Positions 1 to 12,061 of a stretch of DNA of 64,000 nucleotides are shown here, piece by piece. The notes beneath the pieces were generated by a model that saw nothing but the letters and a program-made list of their open reading frames with translations, was not told the DNA's origin and ran no database searches. The DNA is from Eledone cirrhosa (lineage: Eukaryota). The stretch's first letter is position 1. Each line of letters opens with the position of its first letter. The stretch spans positions 14,508,001-14,572,000 of the forward strand of contig OZ024753.1 of assembly GCA_964016885.1 (NCBI GenBank), given 5' to 3'. Both the position numbers and the translations under genes were made by a program.

Positions 1-65
1 GTTTCTACTTTTGGCACAAGGCCAGCAATTACCCCAGTGCATTACTGGTACTTTATAATAATAAT

Positions 66-250
66 TGTTTCTACTTTAGGCACAAGGCCAGCAATTACCC
101 AGTGCATTACTGGTACTTTATTTTATCGACCCTGTAAGGATGAAAGGAAAAGTTAACCGCGGCGGGATTTGAACTCAGAATGGCAAGGGCCGTAACTCTA
201 TGCTGCAAAGCATGGCGTCCGACCGTCTACCGATACTGCCAATCCACCGC
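66..250 (-). mobile_element. tRNA-derived SINE, family S1 (about 190-215 bp); a further partial copy lies at 1-55
   Basis: The minus strand reads GCGGTGGATTGGCAGTATCGG (A box)...GAGTTCAAATCC (B box)...CCTTTCATCC...GATAAAATAAAGTACCAGT...GTAGAAACAATTATT. More than 15 copies occur in the window. Confidence 0.85.
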
Positions 251-289
251 TAAAGTAATAGTAGTAATAATTATAATAATTCCTGCCAT

Positions 290-895
290 GATCACCACGA
301 TCAGCATCATCATCTACATCATCTCTGATATCATCTATGTCGTCATCACCACCCCCATCACTACCACCACCGCCACTACCATAATCACTATCATTATCAC
401 CATCACCACCACCACCATCATCCTTATCATCACTACCATCACCACCCTTATCATCACTACCATCACCACCACCACCACCACCATCCTTATCATCAGTACC
501 ATCACCACCACCAGCACCACCATCCTTATCATCACTACCACCACCACCACCACTATCACCACCACCACCACCACCACCATCACCACCTCCATCACCATCC
601 TTATCATCACCACCACCACCACCACCATCACCATTATCACCATCACCATCATCACCACCACCACTATCATCATCACCACCACCATCACCACCACCACCAC
701 CACCATTATCATCACCAACATCACCATCATTATCATCCTCATCATTGTAATAAACATCATCATCACAAAAGCATTTAGAGATAAACAGCTGTTGAAATAA
801 ACAACAACAGCAACAACAACAACAACAGCAACAACAACAGCAACAACAACAGCAACAACAACAGCAACAACAACAGCAACAACAACAACAAGAAG
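290..895. repeat. (CAC/CAT)n low-complexity tract followed by (CAA/CAG)n
   Basis: Direct trinucleotide repeats; they explain the Thr/Ile and Val/Met ORFs. Confidence 0.95.
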
Positions 896-1255
896 ACTGG
901 TGATGATGTGTTAGTGAAATGAAGATAATTGATAAATTGTGAATAGTGGTAATTAAGACATAATTATAGATTCTGTAGCAGAAGATAGTTTAACTTTAAT
1001 GATGGCTGCCGCCAATAAGAAGTAAAGTATGAAAATACTGAGGCCCAACAGTCTTCATTTAATGATTGAACCCATTATGTGCTTCACTGACAACAAAAAG
1101 AAAGAATTTGTACATTTTGGGGGAAAGAAATATTAAAGAATTCTTGCTTGATACAGCTTTAAATGTTGTTAAAGTAACAGAAAGCAGAATTTGCATGACA
1201 TCTGTTAATGTTCTTACATTTTTAATAGGGATAAAGAAGTATGTTGTACTGTAAG

Positions 1256-2128
1256 TCTTTAGCATTTAATCCTTTAGCATTCACATTACTCTATATATAC
1301 TATTAAATTTTCATGGTAAAGGCTTTATCTCGCATAATTATCTCACATAATTATCTCACATAATATCGAATCTAGGAGATTTTGAAAGTATTTATTTTGA
1401 GAACAATACCTTAACATCAGTTTGAGTGACCAGTTACAGCCAGTTTCAACAGAAAGCGGTAGAGAATTCTGGCTGGTTTTGGCCGGTTTGAACATTAACC
1501 CTTTAGCATTCACAATACTCTATATATATACTATTATATTTTCATGGTAAAGGCTTTATCTCACATAATATTGAATCTATGAGATTTTGATGTTATTTAT
1601 TTTGAGAACAATACCTTAACATCAGTTTGAGTGACCAGTTACAGCCAGTTTCAACAGAAAGAGGTAGAGAATTCTGGCCGGTTTTGGCCGGTTTGAACAT
1701 TAAAGGGTTAAACCGGCCATATTTAGCTAGAATTCTATCACCTCTTTCTGTTCAAACCGGCTGTACTTTGCTACACATACTGATGTTAAGGTATTGTTCT
1801 CAAAATAAACAACATCAAAATCTCAGATTCAATATTACTGTTTCTACTTTTGGCACAAGGCCAGCAATTTTCCCAGTGCATTACTGGTGCTTTATCTTAT
1901 CGACCCCGTTAGGATGAAAGGCAAAGGTAATTTCGGCGTGATTTGAACACAGACCATAAAGGGGCATAACTCTATGCTGCAAAGCATGGCATCCGACCTA
2001 CTACTGATACTGCCAATCCACCACCCTCAGATTCAATATTATGTGAGATAATTATATGAGGTAAAGCCTTTACCATAAAAATACAATAGTATACATATAT
2101 ATAGAGGATCATGAATGTTAAAGGATTA
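1256..2128. mobile_element. Nested cluster of piggyBac-like TTAA MITEs: two + copies (1270-1498, 1499-1707) inside an older - copy
   Basis: Termini are TTAA|CCCTTTAGCATTCA and TGAACATTAAAGGG|TTAA. The older copy is split at the TTAA in its own terminal repeat (CTTTAGCAT-TTAA ... TTAA-ACCGGCC). Confidence 0.75.
1838..2025 (-). mobile_element. SINE S1 with a 16-bp target-site duplication
   Basis: CTCAGATTCAATATTA occurs at both 1822-1837 and 2026-2041, flanking the SINE. Confidence 0.9.
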
Positions 2129-2338
2129 AGGAAATACAAAATGTACTGGGTGTATTTTATCATGGAACTAATATTAGAGATTGTCACGTGGTTGAGTAAA
2201 CTGAAGAGTTATTTCAATAGTTTATTTGGCATAGTTTCCATGGTTTGCAGCGTTCCATCCATAACATCAACTTCATGTAACTATCTTTCATGTCATTTTC
2301 ATAGAGATTTGCTGTGACAACGTTGTTCTACAAAATGG

Positions 2339-2765
2339 TTGATGATAGGAAGGGAATCCAGCTCAAGAGACTATGATAAACCCAGAACCTAAGTGAGACA
2401 TGGCCTCCCCAGAGACTGTCTAGGTTGATGATAGGAAGGGAATCCAGCTCTAGAGACTATGATAAACCCAGAACCTAAATAAGACATGGCCTCCCCAGAG
2501 ACTATCTGGGATTGGTGATAGGAAGGGAATCCAGCTCTAGAGACTATGATAAACCCAGAACCTAAGTAAGACATGGCCTCCCCAGAGACTGTCTAGGTTG
2601 ATGATAGGAAGGGAATCCAGCTCTAGAGACTATGATAAACCCAGAACCTAAGTAAGACATGGCCTCCCCAGAGACTGTTTAGGTTGATGATAGGAAGGGA
2701 ATCCAGCTCTAGAGACTATGACAAAACCAGAACCTAAGTAAGACATGGCCTCCCCAGGGACTGTC
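2339..2765. repeat. Minisatellite, 86-bp unit, about 5 copies
   Basis: GATGATAGGAAGGGAATCCAGCT recurs at about 2341, 2427, 2514, 2600 and 2686. The unit resembles the RTE/SINE tail motif GTTAGGAAGGGCATCCAGCT. Confidence 0.9.
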
Positions 2766-3724
2766 GGGGGGGGGGGGGGGGGGGGGTAGATAGCAATGAT
2801 TAAATACTGACCATCTGATAACCCATCTAGCTCATGCCAGCCAGCATGGCAGAATAGATGTTAAATGATGATGATGATGATGATGCTTTGGTGATTTTAT
2901 CCTGCTGCATGGGACCATGGGCATATAAAAACTGTTAGGAAGACTTTCTGATAGACTACACCTGTAATTCAATGGACCAGCCATGTCATGTACTGACATG
3001 CTGAATCTTCCTGAGAATAAGGTTGAAGGTACACATGTCTGTGAAATGCTAAAACATTAACACAATAGTGGTTTCTACTATAGGCACAAGGCCAGAAATA
3101 TTGGGGGAGAGGAAAGTCGATTAAATTTACCCCAGTGTATTACTGGTACTTTATTTTATCACCCCTGTAAGGATGAAAGGTAAAGCTAACCTTGGCAAGA
3201 TTTGAGTTCAGTGGATAAAGGAACATAACTTGATACCACAAAGCACTGCCAGCTAACACCAACACAATAATACAAATACAAGATGGACTGTACCTGTAAT
3301 TCAATGGGCCAGGCTTATCATGCACTGTAAGGCTGAATCTCCCTGAGAATTACATTATGGTAACAAGTGTTGTGGAATAATTGGCCACTTATTCTGTAAT
3401 GCATGATGGACTGTACCTGTAATTGAATGGGCCAGCCATGCCAACCTGAATCTTTATGAAAATTATATTAAGGCTACATGTGTCCCTGGAATATTCAGCT
3501 ATATACATGTTAATTTAACATGTAGGCCGTTCTATTGATCAGACAACTGGCACTCACAAAATCAGAATCAATATAGGTCTATATTTCTCTATATCTATCA
3601 AATCAATTGACAAGTGGTCTCAATTTGCTCATAATAATGAGAGATGGGGAGAGTGACAGTTTGGTTCCTCTGTGTTCAGGCCTGGTGTATATGTGTGGGT
3701 GAGTGATTTTTTTTTCTTTTTTAT

Positions 3725-3864
3725 ATCTATCTATCTAGGGTGGGTAAAATTCCCCGAGCTCCATGGATGAGTTCTCACCAGCGGTCTCTGTCCTTCATAA
3801 TCATTGCCATGTCCTGCGTCTCCAAAAGACCTGTGTCTGCCCTCAGGGCATCAACATATGTCAA
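3725..3864 (-). mobile_element. 3' end of RTE LINE family B with (TAGA)n tail
   Basis: Reverse complement of 22985-23130 with substitutions. Confidence 0.85.
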
Positions 3865-4454
3865 TGGAAAAGAACCATGGAGAGTGTATTTTATATATCT
3901 GTATAAACAAGTAAACTATTGTTAGTTCCTAGACCTCATGTGCTTACCGAGTGGGGTTGAACTCATCAAATCAGACCAAGGAAACAATGTTTCTATTGGT
4001 CTTTCCATTGCTGATACTATCCACCGGTTGCAACCACTGGTAGGAAGAGGAACACAAAATAAAGTGTCTTGCTCAAGGACATATCGCATTGTACAGTCCA
4101 CCAGGAATCAAACCTGCAACCTCATGATTGTGAATCCAATTCTCTAACCACTAAGCCACTTGCCTTCACTTTCCATTTCCCTAAACCGATATATTTCTCA
4201 AAGACATTATTGGTGTATGTTAACAGAACTAACTTCAACTTAAAATGGAATTCCATGATTTGCGTGAATTTGATTACATAAAGATAATGTCTTAATAAGT
4301 TTCCCACATGTCATTCTGCCATAGATTTGGAAGATATTGTCAAAGACAAATTTAAGATATTCATTAAGATAGTAGTAAAATAATGGTTAAAATCTTAAAG
4401 ACTGGTTAAAACAACAACGGCAACAATGGCAACAACAAATGTGACCAGTTGTTA

Positions 4455-4670
4455 ATGGATTGGCAGTACCAGTAGAGTGTAGGACAACATGCTTTGTAGC
4501 ATAGAGTTACGGCCTTTTATGTTCTGTGTTCAAATCAGGCCGAGGTAAGCTTTACCTTCCATCCTTATGGGGTTGATAAAATAAAGTACCAGTCACGCAC
4601 TGGGGTCGATTTAATCAACTTTTCCCTCCCCCAAAATTGCTGGCCTTGTGCCTATACTAGAAATCATTAT
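4455..4670 (+). mobile_element. SINE S1
   Basis: TGGATTGGCAGTACC...GTTCAAATC...GGCCTTGTGCC...TAGAAATC. Confidence 0.85.
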
Positions 4671-5340
4671 AGAGACTCAACTAGTCACTCAGATGTTCTT
4701 TTATTGGTTTCAGTCATTGATGGAGACCATACTGGAGCACTACCTTAAAGTGTTTGGTTAACAATATCAACCCCAGCGGTAAGATATGGACCCATAACTC
4801 CTGAGGAGTTGTAGGGGCGCCATATTGACATACAGCATTTCTAGGGGATTTCTTTAAAAACCTGGCAGGGCCCATCTCCTCTCCAGGCCTGAAAACAGTA
4901 GATTTCTTTCAGAGAAGGGTAGAGAGAAAGCGAGAAAAAGGAAGTAAGAAAGAGATATAGAGGAAGAATCAACCCAATACTTGACTGGTATTTTATCGAC
5001 CTTGAATGGATGAAAGGTAAAGTTGATCTCAGTGGGATTTGAACCCAGATAGGAGAAAGCCAAAATGAATACTCTAAAGTATTCTATCCAACTCCAACGT
5101 TCTAGTGACTGCCAATTCACCACCTATCAACCCCAGTACTTATTGTTAAATCTGGTACTTATATTGAATAGATTTGATACAAATCACAGAACATAAATAA
5201 CCATTAGAAGTTATTTCTTGGTTTGTCTGTAAAGTTTAGTTCTTTTTAAATAGGGATTGTATAAGAAACATTGTGAGGAAGGATTTCATTAGGTAGGTAT
5301 GCAGCTAGATAGATAGATAACAATATATATATATATATGT

Positions 5341-5674
5341 GGAGGCACATGGCTTAGTGGTTAGAGCATTGGCCTTGCAATCGAAAGGTTGTGAGTTCAA
5401 TTCTCAGACCGGGTGATGTGTTGTTTCCTTGAGCAAGACACTTTATTTCACATTGCTCCAGTTTACTCAGCTGTAGAAATGAGATGATAGGGACTGAGTC
5501 CCTATCATTCCACTGCAAAGTGGTCGTGGAGGTGCCACGGCAAAAAAGCACCCAGCACTCACTGTAAATGAGTTTGATGTTAGAAAGGGCATCCAGCTGT
5601 AGAAATCAAGCCAGAATCAGTTCCAGTCCCACCCTTGCAAGCTGGGAAAAGCGGACGTAAAATGAAAATGATGA
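5341..5674 (+). mobile_element. tRNA-derived SINE, family S2 (Nin-like core plus RTE-derived tail), full length
   Basis: tRNA-like head GGAGGCACATGGCTTAGTGGTTAGAGC...GAGTTCAATTCTC. Core CCTTGAGCAAGACACTTTATTTCACATTGCTCCAGTTTACTCAGCTG. The tail is shared with the RTE LINE 3' UTR and ends in (ATG)n. Confidence 0.9.
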
Positions 5675-6169
5675 AAAATAAAATCTGCATCTATATATGT
5701 CTGTTTTTGTTTGTATATTTCCATTAACTAAGCAGTTTGAGAATAAGAAATCAACAAAATAGGTACTAGAGGACTGTTATGATCAAAGCAGTGGTACCCC
5801 AACATGTATGTATTCTAATGTCTTAACCTGACAAATGAATAAATGAATCTCACGCAAATTGTCATTAATTAGTTAATTGAAATTAATTGAGAAGTAATAC
5901 ATTAAAAAACAAATAAACAAAAATATAAATAAGAGCAAAACAAAATTTTCTAAAACAATGTTTAAAATAATGGAAGGCTCGACCAATAAGACTAATTAAT
6001 TATAAACACTTGAATATTAACGACTCAGTTCAAAGTTAATGAGTATCATGTGTAAGATTTTGTTGTTGTTGATGATGTTGATGCTGTTGTTGTGATGATA
6101 ATGATGATGGAGATGCTGTTGATGTTGTTGATGCTGTTATTGATATTGTTGATGATGGTGTTGATGTTA

Positions 6170-7190
6170 CTATAAAATAGTACCAGCTGGTACCACAGTC
6201 CAATGTACCCAGTACACTCTATAAAATAGTACCAGCTGGTACCACAGTCCAATGTACCCAGTACACCCTATAAAATAGTACCAGCTGGTACCACAGTCCA
6301 ATGTACCCAGTACACTCTATAAAATAGTACCAGCTGGTACCACAGTCCAATGTACCCAGTACACCCTATAAAATAGTACCAGCTGGTACCACAGTACAAT
6401 GTACCCAGTACAATCTATAAAATAGTACCAGCTGGTACCACGGTCCAATGTACCCAGTACGCTCTATAAAATAGTACCAGCTGGTACCACAGTCCAATGT
6501 ACCCAGTACACTCTATAAAATAGTACCAGCTGGTACCACAGTACAATGTAGCCAGTACACTCTATAAAATAGTACCAGCTGGTACCACAGTCCAATGTAC
6601 CCAGTACACCCTATAAAATAGTACCAGCTGGTACCACAGTACAATGTACCCAGTACAATCTATAAAATAGTACCAGCTGGTACCACAGTACAATGTACCC
6701 AGTACACTCTATAAAATAGTACCAGCTGGTACCACAGTCCAATGTACCCAGTACACTCCTATAAAATAGTACCAGCTGGTACCACAGTCCAATGTACCCA
6801 GTACACTCTATAAAATAGTACCAGCTGGTACCACGGTCCAATGTACCCAGTACACTCTATAAAATAGTACCAGCTGGTACCACAGTCCAATGTACCCAGT
6901 ACAATCTATAAAATAGTACCAGCTGGTACCACGGTCCAATGTACCCAGTACACTCTATAAAATAGTACCAGCTGGTACCACGGTCCAATGTACCCAGTAC
7001 ACTCTATAAAATAGTACCAGCTGGTACCACAGTACAATGTACCCAGTACGCTCTATAAAATAGTACCAGCTGGTACCACAGTACAATGTACCCAGTACAC
7101 TCTATAAAATAGTACCAGCTGGTACCACAGTCCAATGTACCCAGTACGCTCTATAAAATAGTACCAGCTGGTACCACAGTCCACTCTATA
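6170..7190. repeat. Minisatellite, 49-bp unit, about 20 copies
   Basis: Unit CTATAAAATAGTACCAGCTGGTACCACAGTCCAATGTACCCAGTACACT, with no unique spacers. Confidence 0.95.
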
Positions 7191-7319
7191 GAATGGTTAG
7201 TACTAGGAAGAAGAGCCAGTCATAGAAACCATGTGAAAACATGGAATGTATGAAGAAGATATGGTTTCTTCAGGCTTGATAAGTGATGTCCCACATGTGT
7301 TAGCATGGAAACATCATGA

Positions 7320-8050
7320 GATGGTGATGGTAATGATGGTGATGGTGGTGGTGTGGATGATGGCGATGATTGATGATGATGGTGGTGATGTTAATGATGA
7401 TGGTGATGGTGGTAATGATGATGGTGATGGTGGTAATGATGATGGTGGTGATGGTGGTAATGATGATGATGGTGATGGTGGTAATGATGATGGTGGTGAT
7501 GACGATGATGATGGTGGTGATGGTGATGATGATGATGGTGATGGTGATGATGGTGATGATGATGGTGATGGTGATGGTGATGATGGTGATGCTGATGATG
7601 GTGGTGATGATGTTAATGATGATGATGAGGGTGATGGCGATGATGGTGGTGATGACAGTGATGATTGTGGTGGTGTGGATGATGATGATGATGATGATGA
7701 TGGTGATGGTGCTGATGTTGATGATGATGGTAGTGATGATGGTGGTAGTAATGGTGGTGGTGGTGGTAGTGGTAGTGATGATGGTGTTGATGGTAGTGGA
7801 ACATGCGGTGACGATGGTGGTGGTCGTGATGGTAAATGTGATGATAGTGGTGGTGGTGGAGGAGGCTGTGGTGGTGGTGGTGATGGTGATGGTGGTGGTG
7901 GTGGTAGTGGAAAATGGTGGTGATGATGGTGGAGGTAGTGGTGGTGGAAAATGTTATGCTGGTGGTGGTGGTGGTGCTGCTGGTGGTGGTGATGGTAAAT
8001 GTGGTGAGGATGTTGGTGTTGGAGGTGGTGATGGTGGTGGAGTAGGTAAT
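7320..8050. repeat. (GAT/GGT)n low-complexity tract
   Basis: Direct trinucleotide repeats. Confidence 0.95.
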
Positions 8051-8420
8051 GGAAGTTTGTTTGTACAGCTGAGTGTGAAAGAAATATCTGTTTAACATCA
8101 ATGAAAGATAATTGGGAAGATAATGTGGAAAAATGTTGTTTATTTTCTTCACAAAATCAATGTTGAAGACAACTTAGCTAAAAAACAAAAAAAAAAAAAC
8201 AGAAAACAAACAATAAAACAACAACAAAACACAAACAAACAAAAAATGAAGATAGAGATAGTAACATAACAGAAAAAAGAAGAAATATCAAAACTTCTTA
8301 TTCTTGTGAGGCCAAAATGAAATTTGTCTCTATGGCAAAACAAAAAAGGAAATTAAAATACAATAAAAAAAGTATTTTAGCATTCAAAAAAAATTATCTT
8401 AAGACAAATTATATATATAT

Positions 8421-9140
8421 ATATGCACCCCAATCCGGACTACCTGGTGTTATAAAAGACAGATGCTATGAGTCGCTAATGCTCACCACCTCCCAAATAA
8501 CGGACAGTGACTACATAATTATTGCTGGCAACCTAAATGGTCATGTTGGACAACATTGTGACGGCTATGACGGAATCCATGGAGGCTATGGGCTTGGTAC
8601 TAGAAATGAGGACGGCTTTAGAATCTTGGAATTCTGTGATGCTAATAACCTAACTATCTGTAAAGAAACATATCTGTAATACAAACTTCGAAAAACGAGA
8701 CAATCACTTGATCACCTATAGATCAGGGGAACACGCCAGTAAGATAGATTATATCCTTACCAGAAGATGTGACAGAGTGTCTGTTGTAAACACTAAATCC
8801 CTCCCCCATGACGAATGCACCTCCCAACATAGCCTCATAGTTAGCGACCTCATAGTCAGGACGAGACGTACTCGACGACAGAGGAAGACTACCCTGAGGA
8901 GAAGAATATGGAAGTTAAAGGACCCCACAGCCAGTAACAAATTTAAAAGCATATTACTTGATGCTTTTGACAGTAAGGAAGAGCAATTAGAGACGTACAA
9001 TATGAGGAACAGTGTGAATTCCTAAAAGTTAACCTGCTGAAAGCAACAGATGAATTCTGTGGCTGGAGCAGACATATAGGCAGGAGGAGAGTAACTTGGT
9101 GTTGGAATAGTAAGGTGGATGAGTCAATCAAGGCCAAAAA
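8421..9140 (+). pseudogene. RTE LINE family A fragment, disrupted apurinic endonuclease domain
   Basis: IYAPQSG...IIAGNLNGHVG...GYGLGTRNEDG...LITYRSG..SKIDYIL, with a stop and frameshifts. Homologous to 27710-28282. Confidence 0.9.
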
Positions 9141-9599
9141 GGTACAAACACTACACTTGTGACAATTATTGACATATAGTGCTGGGCCCATGGTACCATG
9201 TGATGACAGGTGCAGAGAGATCTCCAGATATAAAGCAATGCCTGTGCCGTGAAGCTTTTATAGTGAGCAAAGGCACTGCACAAAGCCAGTCCCACTCTCT
9301 TAACCAAGATGATATTTACCAAAAAGAAGAACAAGTCAACATCATTGGATACCATCAGGGTTGCAGGTGTTATATCAGAGTTTTCCTTCTCCTAGAATTC
9401 TGCCTTGACAAAGGCTAAGGGGTCATCTCTCCCGGTGAGTTTGGATGGCCTTTGACTTTTAAGAGCTCCTTTGCCCTTTGACAGGTTTTGTTTTTAGTCC
9501 TGCAGGATGTCCAAAGTCACCCTCCTCACCAAGAAACCTTGGTGGGGTTGCCAGTTTAGTCGCCAACGACCCGACCATGAGACAGGTTGCACTGAGATA
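9141..9599 (-). mobile_element. Bipartite non-autonomous RTE-derived element, partial
   Basis: Near-identical to 11495-11953. Confidence 0.8.
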
Positions 9600-9626
9600 T
9601 ATATATATACATACATACATATATAT

Positions 9627-9657
<31 letters not shown>

Positions 9658-9791
9658 CATACATATATATATATACATACATATATATATATACATACAT
9701 ATATATATATATACATACATATATATATATATACATACATATATATATATATATACATACATATATATATATATATACATACATACATACC

Positions 9792-9831
<40 letters not shown>

Positions 9832-9862
9832 CATATATATATACATACATATATATATATAC

Positions 9863-10170
9863 ATCATCATCATCATCAACGTTTAACGTCCGTGTTCCAC
9901 GCTTGCATGGGTTTGGACGGGGGTTTTCCCACTTGAGGCAAGAGTGATTGTCTTGCTCGCATAGGACTGTCTGGCAGGTTTTCTACAGCTGGATGCCCTT
10001 CCTAACACCAACCACATTTACAGTGTGGGCTGGGAGGTTTTTACCGTGTTGCCTACACGGCCACATTACAGCATGGACTGTGTGTTTTTTTGTCGTGACA
10101 CCTACATAACTTTACATAGAACGGGGTGGTGTGGATGGGGTGGGGGTGGTGGCAGGACGGGGTGTATTTT
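9863..10170 (-). mobile_element. RTE LINE family A, 3' UTR only, with (CAT)n tail
   Basis: Matches 25194-25650, with an internal deletion. Confidence 0.85.
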
Positions 10171-10344
10171 GTATGTATATATACATATATGTTGTATGTA
10201 TATATACATATATATATATATACATATATATATACATACATATATATATACATACATATATATATATATACATACATATATATATACATACATATATATA
10301 TACATACATATATATATACATACATATATATATATATACATACA

Positions 10345-10384
<40 letters not shown>

Positions 10385-10426
10385 CATACATACATATATA
10401 TATACATACATACATACATACATATA

Positions 10427-10467
<41 letters not shown>

Positions 10468-10627
10468 ATACATACATATATATATATATATATATGCATA
10501 CATACATATATACATATATATACATACATATATACATATATATACATACATATATATATATACATACATATATATATATACATACATATATATATATATA
10601 TGCATACATATATATATATATATATAT

Positions 10628-10668
<41 letters not shown>

Positions 10669-10677
10669 TACATACAT

Positions 10678-10939
10678 GGTGGCTGCCAACTCGTTTTCGA
10701 GTACGGCCACTACTTTATATCCATGTAGGAGAACCCCTACCAATGCGCTGAACGAATGTGACTTTTTAGTCCAGCCAGCGACTTGAAAACTCTGGTACAA
10801 ACACTACACTTGTGACAATTATTGACACATAGTGCTGGGCCCATGGTACCATGTGACGACCAGTGCAGAGAGATCTCCAGATATAAAGCAATGCCTGTGC
10901 TGTGAAGCTTTTATAGTGAGCAAAGGCACTGCACAAAGC
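10678..10939 (-). mobile_element. Bipartite RTE-derived element, 5'-truncated
   Basis: Near-identical to 11379-11640, followed on its own strand by an (ATGT)n tail. Confidence 0.8.
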
Positions 10940-11146
10940 AGCATATATATATACATATACATATACATACACATACACATACATACATATACATACATAT
11001 ATACATACACACATACATATATACATACATACACACACACATACATATACATATACATACATACACATATACATACATACATACATACATACATATACAC
11101 ATACATACACATACACATACATACATATACATATACATACATATAC

Positions 11147-11177
<31 letters not shown>

Positions 11178-11378
11178 CATATACATATATATATACATAC
11201 ATATACACATACATACATACATACATATACATACATACATATACATATACATATACATACATACATATACACACATATATACATACATACACATACATAT
11301 ACATACACATATACATATATATACATACACATACATACACATATACATATACATACACATATACATATACATACATAT

Positions 11379-11971
11379 GGTGGCTGCCAACTCGTTTTCG
11401 AGTACGGCCACTACTTTATATCCATGTAGGAGAACCCCTACCGAAGCGCTGAACGAGTGTGACTTTTTAGTCCAGCCAGCGACTTGAAAACTCTGGTACA
11501 AACACTACACCTGTGACAATTATTGACACATAGTGCTGGGCCCATGGTACCATGTGAGGACAAGTGCAGAGAGATCTCCAGATACAAAGCAATGCCTGTG
11601 CCGTGAAGCTTTTATAGTGAGCAAAGGCACTGCACAAAGCCAGTCCCACTCTCTTAACCAAGATGATATTTACCAAAAAGAAGAACAAGTCAACATCATT
11701 GGATACCATCAGGGTTGCAGGTGTTATATCAGAGTTTTCCTTCTCCTAGAATTCTGCCTTGACAAAGGCTAAGGGGTCATCTCTCCCGGTGATTTTGGAT
11801 GGCCATTGACTTTTAAGAGCTCCTTTGCCCTTTGACAGGTTTTGTTTTTAGTCCTGCAGGATGTCCAAAGTCACCCTCCTCACCAAGAAACCTTGGTGGG
11901 GTTGCCAGTTTAGTCGCCAACGACCCGACCATGAGACAGGTTGTACTGGGATACATGTTACCAGTAGCACC
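11379..11971 (-). mobile_element. Full-length (about 593 bp) non-coding bipartite RTE-derived element (5' UTR joined to 3' end)
   Basis: The minus strand carries the RTE 5'-UTR-type motifs GGCGACTAAA and CTAGGAGAAGGAAAACTCTGA. It ends in a GTGGC-ACTCG/CGAGT-GCCAC stem-loop plus (ATGT)n. Three copies occur locally. Confidence 0.7.
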
Positions 11972-11972
11972 A

Positions 11973-12029
<57 letters not shown>

Positions 12030-12061
12030 CATGGAGGCACATGGCTTAAAAACCTACCAGT

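Noticed and set aside
5341-5412. Functional tRNA gene
   Set aside because: A and B boxes are present but the acceptor and anticodon stems are broken, and the sequence continues into a SINE core in every copy.
6170-7190. CRISPR-like array (palindromic repeat unit)
   Set aside because: There are no unique spacers and no cas genes, and the context is eukaryotic. It is a simple head-to-tail minisatellite, as are 16203-16622 and 47096-48288.
7246-8152. Asp/Gly-rich, poly-His and poly-Pro/Thr ORFs (also 180-800, 16834-17777, 35616-35966)
   Set aside because: These are (GAT/GGT)n trinucleotide tracts open in several frames on both strands, with no splice or domain support.
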